Shown: positions 30,607 to 40,042, counted from the first letter of the stretch. The stretch: DNA of 64,000 nt from Elainellaceae cyanobacterium (GCA_050331115.1 JBHJHD010000010.1:27368-91367); one strand, 5' to 3'. Translations and numbers: made by a program. The notes: generated by a model not told the origin, from the sequence alone.

Positions 30607-30701
30607 CGCTGACAAGCCTTGCTTAGACCGCGCCCCACCGGCATAAATCTCCGGCGCGTCCAAACGACTCCCCTGCTCACACCTACTGACATTAACCCGC
30701 C

Positions 30702-32309
30702 ATGCAAACTCGCCCAAATCCCAGCTCAGACAATTCTCGACCGGGCATGAGCAACGGTCAAAACGGTACCTCACCGACCGCCGCGCTTTCGTCGAACCAA
30801 GCCTCAGGGGTTGTACCCCAGCAGGCGTCGATTGCTCAAGCCAACAAAAGCAAACCGGCTCGCGTCGAAGCATTCGATCAGCCTATTGTGCTCAAGCAGA
30901 CGCCCCTCTGGTCGAGGGCCATCCTCTGGGGCATTGTGGGCGTGGTCACCTTCGGGTTTACCTGGGCCTGCTTAGCCAAGGTGGAAGAGGCCGTACCCGC
31001 AACCGGGGAGCTCAAGCCCCAGGGCGCTGTACAGGAGCTGCAGCCTCCGGTATCGGGGAAAGTCATTGAGGTCTTGGTAGAAGACGGCGATCGCGTCAGC
31101 CAGGGTGATCTGCTGGTAAAGCTAGACCCGTCTGCAGCGGAGTCCGAGCTTGCCTCTCTTGGCCAGGTGCAAAATTCCCTAATCGCTGAGAATCAGTTTT
31201 ATCGCTCGCAGCTCAGCGGCGCAGCGCTGCCGTCCTCGGCGCAGCTCAGCCAGCTCGAAATTCCGCCAGAGGTGCTTGCCCTCACCTCCAGCCGCCTCGC
31301 TATAGTCGAAGAAAACCAGCTCTATGCCTCTCTGCTCAGCGGCGGTGGGGCGATCGCTAGCCTAGACCCGTTGGAGCGTATTCGGCTTAACGAATTGCGC
31401 AATGAAGCCGTCTCGCGGATTGGAGCCGCGGAGCTAGAGATCGAACAGCTTCGGCGGCAGCTCAACCAGACCCGTCAGCAAATTGCCACAGCCCAAGAGA
31501 CCTTCAACATCGAGCAGGGCATCCTGGAGCAGATTGCGCCGCTAGTGGAAGAAGGCGCTTTAGCCGACATTCAGCTACAGCAGCAGCGGGTTGAGATGCT
31601 CAACCGTCAAGCTGAGCTAGACCGACTGATTCAAGAAGAGCGGGTGCTTGGCGCTTCCATTGCTCAGGCTGAGCAGCAGCGCAACAACACGGTGTCTGCG
31701 TCCCGCAGCGATGTCTTGAACCGCATGGCGGAAAACGATAAGCGCCTAGCCGAGATCGACAGCGAGCTGAATAAGCGCATCGTCGAGAACGACAAACGAA
31801 TCACCGAGATTAAAGGGCAGCTCCAGCAGACCGAACTGCAGCGCAACTATGGCGAGCTGCGGGCCCCTATCGACGGCATTGTATTCGATCTTCAGGCCCA
31901 GGATGACGGCTTCATCACCGCAAACCCCAACGATCCGGTGCTCAAGGTTGTTCCGGCCGATGCGCTCGTGGCCGAGATCTTCATTACAAATCAAGACATC
32001 GGCTTCGTTAATGTGGGGATGCCGGTAGACGTACGCATTGACACCTTCCCGTTCAGCGAATTTGGCGACGTTGAAGGAGAGCTTGTCTCCATCGGCGCAG
32101 ATGCACTGCCCCCGACTGAGATGAGACAGTTTTATGCTTTCCCCGCAAAGGTCAATATCGATCAGCAGTACGTAAGCATCAACGGTAACCCGATTGAGCT
32201 TCAGTCTGGAATGTCAATCACCGCCAACATTAAGACGCGTAAGCGCCGCGTGATTACCCTGTTCACAGATCTATTCGTCAAGAAGATCGAGGCTCTGAAG
32301 ACGCGATAG
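30702..32309 (+). CDS. HlyD-family membrane fusion (periplasmic adaptor) protein of a type I secretion system
   Basis: N-terminal TM anchor, long coiled-coil region, C-terminal beta domain (VVPADALVAEIFITNQDIGFVNVGMPVDVRID...). Confidence 0.85.
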   Translation: MQTRPNPSSDNSRPGMSNGQNGTSPTAALSSNQASGVVPQQASIAQANKSKPARVEAFDQPIVLKQTPLWSRAILWGIVGVVTFGFTWACLAKVEEAVPATGELKPQGAVQELQPPVSGKVIEVLVEDGDRVSQGDLLVKLDPSAAESELASLGQVQNSLIAENQFYRSQLSGAALPSSAQLSQLEIPPEVLALTSSRLAIVEENQLYASLLSGGGAIASLDPLERIRLNELRNEAVSRIGAAELEIEQLRRQLNQTRQQIATAQETFNIEQGILEQIAPLVEEGALADIQLQQQRVEMLNRQAELDRLIQEERVLGASIAQAEQQRNNTVSASRSDVLNRMAENDKRLAEIDSELNKRIVENDKRITEIKGQLQQTELQRNYGELRAPIDGIVFDLQAQDDGFITANPNDPVLKVVPADALVAEIFITNQDIGFVNVGMPVDVRIDTFPFSEFGDVEGELVSIGADALPPTEMRQFYAFPAKVNIDQQYVSINGNPIELQSGMSITANIKTRKRRVITLFTDLFVKKIEALKTR

Positions 32310-32343
32310 GACCAGGCTTCGCTAAGACTATTAGATTTAAAGC

Positions 32344-32381
32344 GGGTCAGCTCCTAATCCACAGAGCTGACCCATTTTTTG
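32344..32381 (+). terminator. Rho-independent terminator after the HlyD gene
   Basis: GGGTCAGCTC-ctaatccaca-GAGCTGACCC (10-bp perfect stem) followed by ATTTTTTG. Confidence 0.75.
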
Positions 32382-32600
32382 AATATTATCGCGACCGCCT
32401 AGGCACTGTCGCAATCGCCGCCAAGCAAAGCCTACTTGATGGTGCGATACCGGCTGTAATGGACCTTCAGCCCCAGAATGACGGAGGTGAATATCAGCCG
32501 TGAACAGATTGGCGGTAATGACAGGAACGTTGTGAACATAAGTTCCGTAGACAAGCCACATCGGAATACCGACGCAAAGCGTGATTAGCATCGCCCAGGA

Positions 32601-32721
32601 CACGTTATGGCTCACCCCCGGCTGTCGCCATCCCCTACGCCCTTCGGGCAGGCTTCGCCAAAAGAAAGGGGGATTAGTAGGGGGAGCCCATACGTGCAGC
32701 CACATACGGAATTGGTATAAG
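32601..32721. repeat. Copy B of the unclassified structured repeat (about 121 bp)
   Basis: Same conserved 5' end (cacgttatggctcacccccggctgtcgcc) and 3' end (...cacatacggaattggtataag) as copy A; variable core with two UUCG-tetraloop hairpins (GCCCttcgGGC, GGCttcgCC) inside an ATCCCC/GGGGAT stem. Confidence 0.5.
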
Positions 32722-32773
32722 TAGCTTAGAGATTCACCTACGTCAGCAGCATTTTTGACCTAGGACACATATG

Positions 32774-33265
32774 CTAATCGACCACCTCAATTGCCTGTAC
32801 AGCCACATAAGGTCTACCCACATAAACGTCAACAACGTCGGGCTCTAGCTCAATACTGTAGGCCGCTCTAATAGTAGCCTCGTCCAATTCCTCAACTTTA
32901 CCGGTGACTTCAATGTTGGTGCCGACCTCCGGTATCTCAAGGCTAGTAATCGCAAGAGTTTCTTCGCCACGCAGCGATTCAATGTCGTAGATCGTGAAGA
33001 GATTGGGCGAGACGATTTCGGTCACCTTTGTGCTGACGGTAATCGTCTCGCCCAGTAAGTCTGCCGCGGCCGATACAATCCCGCCGCCAACCTCAACCTC
33101 TTCGGGGACATTCACCTGCTCTTTCGGCAGCGGCACTTCCGTATCTAGGCCGCTAAACGTTGAGGTACAGGCCACAAGAGGCGCAGAAAGTAAGGGCAGT
33201 GAAGCTACAAACGCAAAACCTCTTCTCACCCTACGCTTAAAATCCACGATCGATGATGTCGACAT
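32774..33265 (-). CDS. Acidic lipoprotein (hypothetical; one copy of a domain duplicated in the 36374-37210 lipoprotein)
   Basis: Signal peptide with an LVAC lipobox; acidic E/V-rich; shares (I/V)xVTGxV...YVGRP-type segments with the ORF at 36374-37210. Confidence 0.45.
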   Translation of the reverse strand: MSTSSIVDFKRRVRRGFAFVASLPLLSAPLVACTSTFSGLDTEVPLPKEQVNVPEEVEVGGGIVSAAADLLGETITVSTKVTEIVSPNLFTIYDIESLRGEETLAITSLEIPEVGTNIEVTGKVEELDEATIRAAYSIELEPDVVDVYVGRPYVAVQAIEVVD

Positions 33266-34244
33266 CGGGCGTTCCTTGCTGCTGAACGTCTATTTCTTCC
33301 CTTCGCACCGTATCGCGCACCGTCACGACTTCTTCTATGACCTCTTTGCGTACCGTCACCTCTTGACGAACCACGGGCTCTTTACGTATCTCAACGTGAT
33401 CGGCATAGATGTCGCTACGAGCGCTACTGCCGACCTCAACCGCCTTACCCGCAACGTTAACGTGAGTTACGCCTGGCACCGATTCAATCTCGATAATAAT
33501 TTTCTCTTTTTGGATCGTAACTGAGCCCTCGACCTGCTCCGTTTCAATTCGCTTCGTGACCGTAATCTCGCCGGTCTTCAAACGACGTTTATCAGTCACG
33601 AGCCGCTCCTCATAGAGGGGGATTCGGCGGTGCGTGTCGCTCTCGGCAGAGAGGTCTGACGCTTGCCCGGAGTGATTCAATTCAACGCGCTTGTTGGGTA
33701 CAGGCAGGGGGATATCGGCGGGCGCAGCGGGTGAAGCAGCAGGCTGGATGGGAAAAGATGGAGGCGACGCTTGAGAGGCCGTTGAAGTCGATGGGGTCAG
33801 CGAAGCATCGTATTTCTTAGCGCTAGGCTCTACCGGCGTCGACGTTTGAGCTGAGGCAGATTGATCTATAGCCTGCGCTGGGTAAATTGAGCCGACCCGC
33901 GCCTCGTAGTCATCATTTGCCATCAAATCATTGCGATACTCAGGCAGGTCTTCCACCTGCGCTCTAGTCAGCCCCCTAGCATAAATGCGATCGCCATCTA
34001 TGAGACCTGTACAGCAGCTAACGGGCAGCAGCACTTTCTTACCCAAAATCCAGAATCCAGTGTCGATAACCAGGTATCGAATTTGGCCGGTGTCGTCCAC
34101 TAAGATATCGTGGACGACACCAATTTGCTCGCTCTCTGCGCCGGCGTAGACTGCGGCACCCTTAATGTTGGTGCCGTCAAGATATCGATCTTTATAATCA
34201 GGAAATCGGTCACCTATTTTGTATAGCGCCATGGCGGTAAGCAA
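33237..34244 (-). CDS. PRC-barrel plus DUF2382 (YsnF-like) stress-response protein
   Basis: N-terminal PRC barrel (GAAVYAGAESEQIGVVHDILVDD...RYLVIDTGFWILGKKVLLPV); C-terminal YEERLVTDKRRLKTGEITVTKRIETE... DUF2382 signature. Confidence 0.7.
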   Translation of the reverse strand: MLTAMALYKIGDRFPDYKDRYLDGTNIKGAAVYAGAESEQIGVVHDILVDDTGQIRYLVIDTGFWILGKKVLLPVSCCTGLIDGDRIYARGLTRAQVEDLPEYRNDLMANDDYEARVGSIYPAQAIDQSASAQTSTPVEPSAKKYDASLTPSTSTASQASPPSFPIQPAASPAAPADIPLPVPNKRVELNHSGQASDLSAESDTHRRIPLYEERLVTDKRRLKTGEITVTKRIETEQVEGSVTIQKEKIIIEIESVPGVTHVNVAGKAVEVGSSARSDIYADHVEIRKEPVVRQEVTVRKEVIEEVVTVRDTVRREEIDVQQQGTPDVDIIDRGF

Positions 34245-34338
34245 GTATCAGGGCAAAAAAATGACATAACTGCTAGGCGCGTAAGTCTCAATGAATCATC
34301 AATTCGTAAGATTCTGCAAGGCCGAACACAGCTTATTG

Positions 34339-34364
34339 GAAAAAGGGACCCAAGCTGGGCCCCT
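34339..34364 (-). terminator. Rho-independent terminator downstream of the PRC/DUF2382 gene 34389-35306
   Basis: On the minus strand: GGGGCCCA-gct-TGGGTCCC (one G.U wobble) followed by TTTTTCC. Confidence 0.5.
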
Positions 34365-34388
34365 CTATAGACTATTGAAGACCAAACA

Positions 34389-35306
34389 CTAGCGATTGAC
34401 TACGTCAGTACCTTCGGTAGTGTCAATGTCCAACTCTTCCCGGCGCAGCGTCTCTTTACCGGTTACGGTATCGCGGTCTACTTCCTTGCGAACGTTGACC
34501 TCCTCACGGACGTAGGCTTCTTTGCGGATGTCCGCTTCCTCAGCGTAGGTCTCGGCGCGCATCACTTCGCCTTCTTTGAAGTCCGGCGTACCTTCAACAG
34601 GCCGAGCGCCATCTACGTCGGTGCGCTCAATAATGATACGCTCCCGCTCCACGGGTACAGACACCTCCTTCGTTTCAGTTTCAACCCGCTTGCCGATGGC
34701 GACTTCACCAGTCTTAAATCGGTCCTTATCGGCAATCAAGCGCTCTTGATAGAGGCGAATTGCATCGTGGTCCTCATGATCCATGCCGTACAGACCTGGC
34801 TCGCGGTCGTAGTCTAGATCAGCGGCAGCGGCTGTAGCGGTACGGTCTTCTTTACCATATAGGGCACTGCTACCGGGATAGGCGCGGTTTTCCTCGCGAT
34901 ATTCCTTGCCTACGTACTTGCCCTTGCGGGTTTCGCCCAAGTCACGATACCCACTCCGAATACGATTTTCGTAGTCTTGGTCAATCGTCATATCATCCCG
35001 ATACTCAGGCATATTCTCGACCTTGCTTTTAGCCAAGCCATCAACGTAAACGCGCTTTTGATTACGATCGAAATGCGCTAGACCAATAGGCAGTAAGACC
35101 TTTTTCCCAAAGACCCAAAAGCCAGTATCAGCAACTAGGTAGCGGATGTTTCCAGTGTTGTCATCGAACAGGGCATCTTTGATCGATCCAACCTGATCGC
35201 CGTCGCGACTGTAGAGGGAGTAATCGTTGAAAGCAAGCATATTGCCGTCTCTGCCAACTACTTTGTCATCGTTAGGATAAGCATCCGAAAATTTACGAAA
35301 GGCCAT
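34389..35306 (-). CDS. PRC-barrel plus DUF2382 (YsnF-like) stress-response protein, paralog
   Basis: RYLVADTGFWVFGKKVLLPIG PRC motif; C-terminal YQERLIADKDRFKTGEVAIGKRVETE... DUF2382. Confidence 0.7.
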   Translation of the reverse strand: MAFRKFSDAYPNDDKVVGRDGNMLAFNDYSLYSRDGDQVGSIKDALFDDNTGNIRYLVADTGFWVFGKKVLLPIGLAHFDRNQKRVYVDGLAKSKVENMPEYRDDMTIDQDYENRIRSGYRDLGETRKGKYVGKEYREENRAYPGSSALYGKEDRTATAAAADLDYDREPGLYGMDHEDHDAIRLYQERLIADKDRFKTGEVAIGKRVETETKEVSVPVERERIIIERTDVDGARPVEGTPDFKEGEVMRAETYAEEADIRKEAYVREEVNVRKEVDRDTVTGKETLRREELDIDTTEGTDVVNR

Positions 35307-35388
35307 ATGAATTTCTCAGGTAACAGCATAAATTCAATTTCATATTAAAAAACTTCAGCCTAAATTCTAAATATCGAGAGAAGGAGAT

Positions 35389-35408
35389 GGTGAGGAATTC
35401 TCCTCACC
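35389..35408. promoter_or_regulatory. Perfect 20-bp palindrome GGTGAGGAATTCTCCTCACC upstream of the PRC-barrel gene
   Basis: Exact reverse-complement symmetry read from the sequence; no adjacent U-tract, so more likely an operator or structural element than a terminator. Confidence 0.25.
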
Positions 35409-35573
35409 CTATTGAGCGATATTCAAGCGCTAAAAATAATCTTTAATTTAGCTACTTTGACTGACTTAGTATCGCTATATAAAAATTCCCCACCAAATCT
35501 CTCGGCTTCGCAACGTAGCGATTCAGAGTATATTTGGCGGGGAACTTTAACGTGGTCAATCGATAGATTAGAA

Positions 35574-36287
35574 CTAGCGCTTGTCCTTAATGATGACGTC
35601 AGCGCCACTGTTGTGGGCGGTGTCCCCTGTTGTGATGGTGGCGTCAGCGCGATCGCGCTCCACAACGTCTACCTCTGTAGTTCGGTTCACGTCTTTGCTG
35701 ACGGTTGCCTCAGGTGCGTCAAACACTTCAAGCTCTTCAGCATGGCGATCGCGCATGGTAGACTCGACCCAATTAACTCTGTCATCGTTGCCGCTGACCA
35801 TTAGCAGGTAATCACCAGCCTTGATGCGGCTTTCGTAGACCTTTGCTTTCTCCTCAGGAATACCCAGACCAATTAAAGCGCCGATAATTCCGCCTGTAGC
35901 TGCGCCGATACCAGCCCCCGCCAGGGTCGAGCCAAGTGCGCCGATTTCTGCACCAGCAGCCAAGATCGGACCAACGCCAGGGATTGCTAAAAGGCCAACG
36001 CCAATTAGAAATCCGGTGACGCCGCCAAGGACGGTCCCCGTAGTCGCGCCAATGCCAGCCCCTTCTCCGGCCTCATTGCCCTCAGTCTCTCTGTCCTTTA
36101 GATCTGCTGCCCCTTCGATACCGTCGACGTTTCGAGCCAGCAGCGACACTCGGTTCATGTCGTAGTCAGAATCTTTTAAGGACCGAATAACGTACTCAAC
36201 GTCTTCCTCATTTTTGAAAACACCAACGACCCGCTTGTAAGCGCCCGTCTCGGGAGCTAGTCTGGTGTCCTTTTCCGTAATAGCCAT
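35574..36287 (-). CDS. General stress protein (YflT/GSP17M-like N-terminal domain) with a glycine-zipper membrane segment
   Basis: N-terminal VGVFKNEEDVEYVIRSLKDSDYDMNRVSLLARN...; central GxxxG-rich hydrophobic segment (GIGATTGTVLGGVTGFLIGVGLLAIPGVG...); 237 aa. Confidence 0.5.
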   Translation of the reverse strand: MAITEKDTRLAPETGAYKRVVGVFKNEEDVEYVIRSLKDSDYDMNRVSLLARNVDGIEGAADLKDRETEGNEAGEGAGIGATTGTVLGGVTGFLIGVGLLAIPGVGPILAAGAEIGALGSTLAGAGIGAATGGIIGALIGLGIPEEKAKVYESRIKAGDYLLMVSGNDDRVNWVESTMRDRHAEELEVFDAPEATVSKDVNRTTEVDVVERDRADATITTGDTAHNSGADVIIKDKR

Positions 36288-36373
36288 GGGTATTTCTCCT
36301 AAAATTCAATTATTTACTGATTGGGTTTAAGGCCGGTCGATACTGCTACAAATTCAGCCGCAGCAACAGCGCT

Positions 36374-37210
36374 TTAGTCAACGGCGGATGAGTAGACATC
36401 ATCAGCGACAATGACCGGCCGGTTATAGCGCTGAGCAAACTCATCTAGCTGATCTGGCTCAAGGCCAAGGTCGTACTCTTGGCTGAGGGAATCTGCGTCG
36501 AAGGATTGAGGACGCCCAGTCACGAGGTAGGTCTCTCCGTCCTGCAGAGGTTCAGAGCTTTTGAGGCCGCTCTCGACGCCAACAACAAGAATGCCAATAT
36601 CATCGACCCAGCCCTGCTCAAACAGCGTCATGGTGTCAGGAGATGTGGCGTTTCTAACGTCGCCTTTTACAGCAATAAGCTGACCGTTGAACGCATCTGC
36701 ATACTCTACCAGCTGCTCAATCTTTGGGGCCAAAGCAAGAGAATTAGCGATAATAGCGGGCCGATCTTCGTACTCCGCATAGATGGTCTCATCCAACTCA
36801 AGACCGTACTCGGAATTGACGTCAGCGATGACAAGTTGTGCAACCTCTCCTGTGACTTGGACAGGGATATCTTCACTGGGAAGCAACAGCTGCTCTCCAG
36901 TAGTGTTGATGACTAAAATGCTCTCGCCGCCGTCGTTGCCTAAAGAAAAGCTTTCTTCCCCAATCGTCTCTTCAATTGTGTTTCTGATGGTGACAGACTT
37001 GCCAATTAAGCCCTCAGGGCTGTCTATGCCCGATACGCCCTCAGCGCTAATTTCTCCAGAGAGATCTTCGCTGGTAACGTTATTGCGGTCTTCCTGAATC
37101 TCGCTGTTCTCGCCGCTGCAGCCAGAGGCAATGACCATAGCCGCCGTCAATGCGATCGCACCAGAAAGTGAGCCAGCTTTCTTCAGCCAGCGTTTACTTT
37201 GATAAATCAT
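36374..37210 (-). CDS. Acidic lipoprotein (hypothetical) with two internal domain repeats
   Basis: Signal peptide plus an ASGC lipobox; two segments resembling the 32774-33265 lipoprotein. Confidence 0.45.
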   Translation of the reverse strand: MIYQSKRWLKKAGSLSGAIALTAAMVIASGCSGENSEIQEDRNNVTSEDLSGEISAEGVSGIDSPEGLIGKSVTIRNTIEETIGEESFSLGNDGGESILVINTTGEQLLLPSEDIPVQVTGEVAQLVIADVNSEYGLELDETIYAEYEDRPAIIANSLALAPKIEQLVEYADAFNGQLIAVKGDVRNATSPDTMTLFEQGWVDDIGILVVGVESGLKSSEPLQDGETYLVTGRPQSFDADSLSQEYDLGLEPDQLDEFAQRYNRPVIVADDVYSSAVD

Positions 37211-37453
37211 TAACGTTCTATCCTCTCAACGTTTTACCGATTACGTTTCTGCCAATTATTTAAGTTTTTGGAAAGCTAAAAGCCGGATGATTTCTTCTTA
37301 AAGCTTTGTAACTTTTAGAGCCTAAACCTATAAACTAAGATTAGTTTGCTGCAGCTGATTCTCTATCTATCAACAGGGACACTTAGTAACAGCGCTCTAT
37401 CTCTCAGAAGGTTAGATCTGAGGAGTCCACTTGACATATTTCTGTAGACTTAT

Positions 37454-40042
37454 CTAAAGGTCTAGAGGGCCCCGAGTGACGCCTAGCCGGTTCTGCAGCT
37501 TCAGCGTCTGCCACAGCTGAGCGCCGCCAATCTCCCCTCGCAGCAGCCTCTGGTAGTGCTGAATTATCTGGCTCACCTCACTGGGGGGCTCCTGCAAAAA
37601 TTCAATTCGCACGTGGCGTAGACCAAGCTCTAGAAGACGGTGGACGTACTCAGCGCCAGTTTGGGCCGTGCCGTTGAACAGCGTATTGCGACAGCCCGCG
37701 TCGGCCTGCAGCATGTGATCTACCCCGGCGCGATCGCGCAGCTTAACGCTATGGGTTTCGCAGGGACGGCCGCAGTCGCGGTAGTCGGTGCCCTCCGACA
37801 AAAAGGCGCAGAAGACGCAGTGCTCCATGTGAAACAGGGGCATATGCTGGTGCAGGGTGACCTCGAACCAGCTGGGAGTGCGGCGCAGCAGGTGCTCGAG
37901 CTGATGGGCGTTGAGGTCGTAGGAGGCGGTGAGTCGATGCAGGCCGAGGCCCTTGAAGTGGGCAGCGGCAATGGGATTGGCCACGTTTAGCGAGAAGTCG
38001 CCGACGCAGGGGCGGCCCGCGAAATAGGCCAGGTGGTCGTAGTTACGCGCCAGGTAGCCGTCAGCGCCGCAGCGGCTCACCTGGTCCAAAATCCAGTTTT
38101 CTAGGGGCTTAGCGATCCGGGGTGGGGCAACCCAGATTTCTGCGGGTGCGCCTTCAGCGCTATCAAGCTCTGGGCGATCGCCGCTGGGGGTGAACTGCCG
38201 CACCATCTGCACTGCCTGCCGGTAGGCGCGGGGGTCCTCCAGCTCGCAATAGAGGGTGGTAATGCCCGCTTCGAGGGCGGCCTGGATCTGGTCCAAACGA
38301 CGAACCAGGACGATGAGCGCTGGGTCAGCCGGAGACGGGCTGAGCTGGGCCGGCATCAGGTCACCGTGGGTTGCCTCAGCACGCATTGCCCAGCGCACCG
38401 GACGCGATCGCGCTTCTTCGAGCTGCAGCACCGCCTCGCGCCGCAGCCGGTTTAGCTCGCTCAGGGGCAGCATCAGGTCACCGTCGAGCTGAATATCGAG
38501 GCGGCTGAGGGTAAATGGCGTGTTGCCCAAGCGGCCGAGCTGCTTGCGCAGGGTCGGCTCGCCCAGGGGGCGGGAGTGAGCGGCCACCAGCGGCATAGCG
38601 GACTGGACCTGAACCACGTGCCCCTGAGAGTCGCGGGCGATTAGGGTGAGGGGAGCGGCGATCGCGCCGTGCACTTCCAGGACCACGGGCTGCTGGGCTC
38701 GGGGAGTTTCGCCTGCATAGGTTTGGCGCACCTGGCGGTCTAGCTCGGGGTCGCTCGTCTTCCAAGCGCGATCGCCTGCGGTGATGGCGCGCGTATCGAA
38801 GGCTTTACCGAAGCTCAGGGTGACGCGATCGCCCCGGCGACTGCTCTCATAGACCCGTCCGCCCGTCTCGTGGCCCCCAGCGCTGCCCTCAAACACCAGG
38901 CCGTCTCCAGGCTTAACGGCCGCCGCCTCTAGCTGGGCCAGCGCTGGGTCAAGTCTAAGGGTCACGCTGCCGCGTTGCACCAGGGCTACCTGCCCCAAAT
39001 AGGCCCCGCGCTTTTTTGCATAGCGACCTTGGACAAGCGCCTGGTTATCGATGCCGCCGAGCCAGCCGCTATAGAGCCCCCGGGAAAAGGCCATTTCCAG
39101 CCGATACTGCTCCTCCCGACTTGCAGGCCCACCCAAAGGCGTCGCTTCGCGGTCCACATTACCTGGTGCCAGATCGCCTGATTCCGGCCGGGCCGGCAGA
39201 TGCTGCAGGCGGTCCAGCGCCTGCCGGTAGACCTGCGTCACGCTGGCCACGTACTCCGGCGTCTTCAGCCGCCCCTCGATCTTGAGGCAGCTTACCCCAG
39301 AGCGCACCAGCTCAGGCAGCAGCGGCAGCCCCGCCAGGTCCTGGGGGCTGAGCAGATAGCGGCGCTGGCCCTGCGCGTCAGCCAAATTTAGCGGCTCCCC
39401 GTCCACAATCAGGTCGTAGGGCATACGGCAGGCCTGGGCGCATTCGCCTCGGTTTGCGGAGCGCCCCCCCAAAGCTTCGCTGGTGAGGCACTGCCCCGAA
39501 TAAGCCACGCACAGGGCCCCGTGAACAAATACCTCCAGGGGCAGCGCAACATGCCGGCCCATCTGCTGGCGAATCTTCTCGATTTCCCGCACCGAACACT
39601 CCCGCGCCAGCACTACCAGACTGCAGCCCAAAGATTCCGCAAACGCGACCCCTGCCGCGCTGGTGATGGTCATCTGGGTGGAGGCATGGATGGGAAAGTC
39701 GGGAGACAGGTGGCGGATCAGGCGGCATAACCCTACGTCCTGAACGATGGCAGCGTCTACGCCAGCAGCAATGACGCTGCGCAGGTAGGCTTCCACCTGG
39801 GGCAGCTCTTTGGTAAAAATCAGCGTATTTAGGGCCAGGTAGCCCTTCACGCCGCGCCGATGCAGCGCCGCCATCAGCTCCGGAAGATCGGCCTCGGTGA
39901 AGTTTTCAGCCCGCATGCGGGCGTTGAAGCGGTCGAGCCCAAAGTAAATGGCGTCTGCGCCGTTCTCGATGGCGGCTTTGGCGCAGTCCCAGCTGCCAGC
40001 CGGAGCAAGGAGCTCAGGTAAAGGAGAAGCGCTGCTGCTCAT
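37454..40042 (-). CDS. Peptidase U32 family protein (double-module, collagenase-like / RlhA-YhbU-like)
   Basis: N-terminal LLAPAGSWDCAKAAIENGADAIYFGL...STQMTIT U32 signature; 862 aa with a second U32-like module. Confidence 0.8.
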   Translation of the reverse strand: MSSSASPLPELLAPAGSWDCAKAAIENGADAIYFGLDRFNARMRAENFTEADLPELMAALHRRGVKGYLALNTLIFTKELPQVEAYLRSVIAAGVDAAIVQDVGLCRLIRHLSPDFPIHASTQMTITSAAGVAFAESLGCSLVVLARECSVREIEKIRQQMGRHVALPLEVFVHGALCVAYSGQCLTSEALGGRSANRGECAQACRMPYDLIVDGEPLNLADAQGQRRYLLSPQDLAGLPLLPELVRSGVSCLKIEGRLKTPEYVASVTQVYRQALDRLQHLPARPESGDLAPGNVDREATPLGGPASREEQYRLEMAFSRGLYSGWLGGIDNQALVQGRYAKKRGAYLGQVALVQRGSVTLRLDPALAQLEAAAVKPGDGLVFEGSAGGHETGGRVYESSRRGDRVTLSFGKAFDTRAITAGDRAWKTSDPELDRQVRQTYAGETPRAQQPVVLEVHGAIAAPLTLIARDSQGHVVQVQSAMPLVAAHSRPLGEPTLRKQLGRLGNTPFTLSRLDIQLDGDLMLPLSELNRLRREAVLQLEEARSRPVRWAMRAEATHGDLMPAQLSPSPADPALIVLVRRLDQIQAALEAGITTLYCELEDPRAYRQAVQMVRQFTPSGDRPELDSAEGAPAEIWVAPPRIAKPLENWILDQVSRCGADGYLARNYDHLAYFAGRPCVGDFSLNVANPIAAAHFKGLGLHRLTASYDLNAHQLEHLLRRTPSWFEVTLHQHMPLFHMEHCVFCAFLSEGTDYRDCGRPCETHSVKLRDRAGVDHMLQADAGCRNTLFNGTAQTGAEYVHRLLELGLRHVRIEFLQEPPSEVSQIIQHYQRLLRGEIGGAQLWQTLKLQNRLGVTRGPLDL

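Noticed and set aside
32337-32705. 122-aa ORF spanning the HlyD terminator and repeat copy B
   Set aside because: It reads through a strong rho-independent terminator hairpin and the repeat; implausible as a gene.
35387-35446. 19-codon ORF (MVRNSPHPIERYSSAKNNL) starting inside the 20-bp palindrome with an AAGGAG-like sequence just upstream
   Set aside because: The SD-like sequence is too close to the ATG, and the ORF is largely encoded by the palindrome; more likely coincidental.
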